This document shows, piece after piece, positions 59,701-64,000 of a DNA stretch of 64,000 bases (positions are counted from its first letter, which is position 1; each line of letters opens with the position of its first letter). The position numbers were made by a program, and so were the translations under genes. Source of the stretch: Bugula neritina. Lineage: Eukaryota; Animalia; Bryozoa. The notes beneath the pieces were generated by a model, which saw nothing but the letters and a program-made list of their open reading frames with translations, was not told where the DNA came from and ran no database searches. Where the stretch lies: positions 17,298,995 to 17,362,994 of the forward strand of contig OZ037765.1 of NCBI GenBank assembly GCA_964035545.1, read 5' to 3'.

Positions 59701-62700
59701 AGTTCATAGTATAACATGTAAATAACTGCCTTTTAAAGCTGCCCAAGGGCCGCTTGATGTTTCCAGAACTTTCAAATTATTTTTTGCTTAGAAAAGCATG
59801 AAACCCTTGCATAGTTTTAGGTGAGGTAATGCATGTTGCTCTGTCATTATTGACACACTGAAGAATTAGTCTTGGAATAGTTATAATATTTACTAGGATT
59901 TTGCCGCGTGTGGTTATGGAAACCTTAATTTGTTTGCATTATTTCCACAGGCAGCGTTGGTAAAGCCTTTATTTACATGTTGTGTTTACACTGATTGCAC
60001 TCTAGTTTGCTGCTATGCTTTTATAAAATATTCTAGTTTATTTCTTGAGATTGTTTTCAGTAACAAATCTAGTGCTGGCTAGCAGACTCATCTTTGTACT
60101 TCTACTGATTGTGTTTGTGATATGCTGCCAAAGAAAGCTGCCTCTCAATGTAGTGGTTGATGTTCCTGGTTTCTTATGCTTTGCCTCACCTTTTTGTGCG
60201 TGTAACCTTCTGTTTGTGAGTAGCTTGCCTTGTCGTGCAACTTTTGATTATCATTTCTTGCAAACCTCATAGCTTTTGGTTTTGTTTTCTTATCTTTCAC
60301 TCACCCTAATTCAATTTTTTGTAGACTTAATGGTTCAGACTCATTCACCAAGACTATAATTGAGTAACTTAGTATTTGGTGATTCTAGGTTCAAGGGCTT
60401 TCTTCCCCTTTTTTTTCTGCTCCAATTTTCTTACTTAGGTGCAGAAGTTGTCAGTTTCTAGTGGAATTTATGGAAAGCAACTATTTTTGTGACAAATTAA
60501 GTAACAGTTGATAATTGTCTTTACAGCTTGCTTTAAGAATTGATGAAAATTCGTTTGACTTGAATAAAGTTTTGTAATTGAACTATGTTTATGGTTTGTT
60601 TGTTATATTCATGGAGACATTTCCAGAGAACTCAATCAACATAGCTTACAGCTTATGACCTTACTTTGCAGATCAATTTGTCGCAATATTGCAAAATTAA
60701 AAACAAGTGAATATTGCCAAGCCAAATTTATTATTTAGCCCATCATGTTGAACCTATTTAAGAAATAGAACATTTTAATTTTACACAGCGGTTACCACTT
60801 AGGGCAGGGAAACAATCTTTGCATTATTCACATAATATACTTGTTACTAGAACTGGGGGCTTCAGAAACAACAACATTATGCCTACTTGACTATGTGATA
60901 TAATTTCAAAGGGGTAGTTTTTATTTGAGAATTTGCCTCTAGTTCCTGGGATTATCGGTGAGTCTGAACCGGTTGGTCTGTGCATTTAGAAATTGTAAAA
61001 TTGTAAACTAGCAACAGTTTGGGTTAATTGTAGCAATGCGTGCTAAGCTGATGACTCAGGCAGCTTGGTCTAAAGTTAGACGACAGCACATGAACACTCT
61101 GTATCCTCAACCAGAAGGCACTCTTGGGGAAGCTCTCACTACTCATGGTAAAGATCTTGGCTACGATTCTGGCTTTGGTAAGTAGCAAGTCTCTCCTGTA
61201 TAAGGTCAATCAGTCTCTTTATTTAGGTTAAGAAACCTATGTGGTTTGTAGTTTAATGTTTTGTATCAACATTTTAATAATTCAACACTTGACTTGCTGT
61301 GCTATTAGGATATTTTTTACCAAGACTGTTGATGCTGTAGAGTGTAGAGTATTATAAAAGTTTGATGTTTTGAGGAGTTGTCTGTTTTTGAGTACTATGC
61401 ATTGTGGAATCTTCTTTCTGAATATTCATGTATTGAATATAAATTGGAGTTATTTTTATGCATATCTAAGAAGAAAGGAAGATATCAACTTTGAAAACTA
61501 TAATTTTAATAAATTAAGGTAGCCTACACAAAGTTGTGAAAAAGTATTAGATATAAATTCTAAACGAGTTTATTGAATTCAGGACAAGCGTGTGTTGAGA
61601 CAGGAGAGTCTTTCAGTCAGCTGGCTGATGCCAAGTATGCCCTTGAAGACAGCATCAAACAGAACTTCCTCGAGCCACTGCATCAGCTGCAGAGTAAAGA
61701 CTTGAAGGAAATTGCTGTAAGTGTGTTGTACATCATTGTTATATTTCTGTGTTGTAAAATTTTGGAATTACAGAATACTTTTGAAGTCTATAATGCCTAA
61801 AATGTCACACTATCAAAATATAGAGGACAACTCTTCAAAAAGAATTTCAAACTGTGAACTACACTTGCATGTCCAAAACTGTGATACATAGCCGTCTTGT
61901 TTACTTCAAAGAAATGAAAATTCCAAGTCTGAAAAAATCTACATAAACAGATTTTGATGTTGATAACATTTTTGTTCTCTTTGTCATAATTAGTAACGCT
62001 AGTACAGCTACACTCATCTCTGGCCATCTACTCTAATTCATGTATTTGGACAGCCAATCAATTTTTTCATCCAATTGTTTAAAGTCAATGTGCATACTTG
62101 GTGTTTTTTTAGCATCATAGAAAGAAACTTGCTGGCCGAAGATTGGATTATGACTGCAAAAAAAGAAAGAAGGACAAAGGTTAGATAAAAGGGACTTTAT
62201 GGTCCAAGTAGTACCATGTTTTGGCTTGTATAGTACCAAGGCTTGCTACTATAACTTTACATAAATTTAGATTTATAGTTTATTCTGGATTACAGTCTAC
62301 TTTTAGCTTGTCAACCTTATGTTTGTAAGCATTCACAGTTAATCTTAAATAAAAGTTAACCATCTGCTAATAATGAATAGTTTGACACTGGATTACTGAA
62401 ACTGCTATTGCACCTTACCATAGCCAGCGTTCTACTCATCATAATATATAGCCTGAGTTCTACTCATCATAATATATAGCCTGAGTTCTATTATCATAAT
62501 ATATAGCCTGAGTTCTACTCATCATAATTTATAGCCTGAGTTCTACTTATCATAATATACCCTTATTCAGGGGGTGTGGTTACAGATGATGAATTGTCCG
62601 TTGCTGAAGAGAAGTTTGAGGAGTCTAAAGAGTTGGCTGAGACTGCTATGCATAATCTGCTGTCCAATGATGTCGAGCAGATAACTCAGCTTAGCGCATT

Positions 62701-62775
62701 TGTAGATTCTTGTTTAACTTATCATCAGCAGGCTGTGGAAATTCTCAACTCTCTCAAGTCTTCTTTAGATAACAA
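53734..62775 (+). CDS. SH3GL: Endophilin A (N-BAR), partial; exons 53734-53778, 58577-58645, 59013-59085, 61034-61177, 61583-61716, 62113-62179, 62571-62775; SH3 exons presumably lie beyond the window
   Basis: MSLAGLKKQFNKANQ, EKIGGAKGTELD, EYLQPNPA, YPQPEG.LGE, KQNFLEPL, HHRKKLAGRRLDYDCKK, AEEKFEESK. Confidence 0.95.
54862..56416. mobile_element. Outer copy of a GATC-rich MITE (CAC...GTG ends), interrupted by an inverted copy of itself
   Basis: TIR CAC(G/C)GGCTTTCCATGTACCGATCTCAGATCGATCTC; 54862-54943 plus 55723-56416 approximates the reverse complement of the inner copy. Confidence 0.88.
54944..55719. mobile_element. Inner copy of the same MITE, 776 bp
   Basis: Complete TIRs; CAT duplicated at 54941-54943 and 55720-55722. 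Confidence 0.9.
62429..62558. repeat. 28-bp minisatellite, about 4.6 copies
   Basis: Unit gttctactcatcataatatatagcctga, read directly. Confidence 0.92.
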
Positions 62776-64000
62776 GTTAGTTATTGAGCCTTTTTATGAC
62801 ACTTAAATTCTTAAAAAGAAGTAAGAATAATAGTATTAGTAGCTGATTATTTAATCGTGACAGTAGAAGTGGTAGAATCAGAAGTAACTAGCTGGCAGCA
62901 GTTGTTGTGGTAGCAGTATTAATGGTAGCAGCAATAGTAGTTCACTGGCAGCAGTAATAGCATTGCCTACTATAACACTGCAAAGTGCTATACTTGTATC
63001 CTATAAATGCATCCTTAAAGTCTCAATTTTGGTCTTCATCAAAGTCTCCACTCTATTTCTAATATTCAAGCTCCTTTAATATGTAGGTTTGTGATATTTG
63101 CCTTACGAGATTTTACCATACTGTTACAATATGCTAACTTGGACTTCATTATTCTTGTGGAATTAGTTTCTTCTGATTTTCTCCATTTTCTAGATTAACA
63201 CCTTTTTATGCAGTAAACCTATTAGGTTAGTAAATGATAAAATGTTGTATAATGTTGATCTAAGAGATATTAATCACTAAATACTGTATTGTTTTATTAG
63301 AAATGCCGTGTGATACTAACATCTTTTAGTTATAATTATACAATGACTATAATATTGCTTGCTTTCCATTCTAGCTTGTAAGTGGTCTACCAGCAGAGTG
63401 CTGTTACATTCTCAGTGTTAAGTATATTATTGCTTGTTAACTGTTACTATGTTAGATGCTTGCTATTAAGGTATTACAGTTTACCACCCTTTCCTGTTAC
63501 ATTTAACCTCACACCCCTAATAAATCATAATAATAATTTTGGGTTTTGCAGCACTAAAAAAAGGCTCAAAATATGTAATAACATAGAAATTAAACACAGT
63601 TTTAATCCTCTTTTAGTGATATATGGCTACAAATGCTGGTTTAACCTCAGCAAAGTTATTCTACAAGATGTAATTTTTTAAAATTATAAATATAAATTAA
63701 TTTCAACATAACTCAATTCAGTTCAACATAGCAATCTGGCTTAAAAATTGTAAGATAAACAACGGGTTTATAATTAATAACTATTTTGTAATAAATTTTG
63801 AAATAATTTATGCACAAAATATGACTTGGTTCTTAACAATATAAAACATGCACAAACTAGTTTTTTTCAAAGATTTTAATCAAGTCAGACTTGGCGTTAT
63901 TCATGCAAGTGTTTCCAAAGTCTAAACCATTACTCTGCAAGATACTGTTGCAAGGTTTTATTTTTTGTAAATTATCAAATTACATAACCTATACACTTAT

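Overview
AT-rich animal (probably invertebrate) nuclear DNA. Bases 1-13.4 kb are a transposon cluster. It holds a decayed Ty3/Gypsy LTR retroelement with an unusual gene order: the gag C-terminus is fused in frame to a class III viral fusion glycoprotein (env-like), which is followed by an in-frame TGA-CTAG and then protease-RT-RNaseH-integrase. The integrase is split by a 4.07 kb intron-containing pogo-type DNA transposon (TA target duplication), and a 5'-truncated LINE follows. Bases 14-64 kb hold four spliced host genes: lipin (+), tRNA ligase RtcB (+), a PWWP2-like gene (-) and the 5' part of endophilin A (+). Their introns contain MITEs, a mariner remnant and a SINE>MITE>MITE nest, and 6-bp-periodic AT tracts lie near gene starts. 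The strongest candidate for a new system is the gag-env-(readthrough)-pol retroelement. All protein assignments come from motif recognition by eye; no database searches were run.
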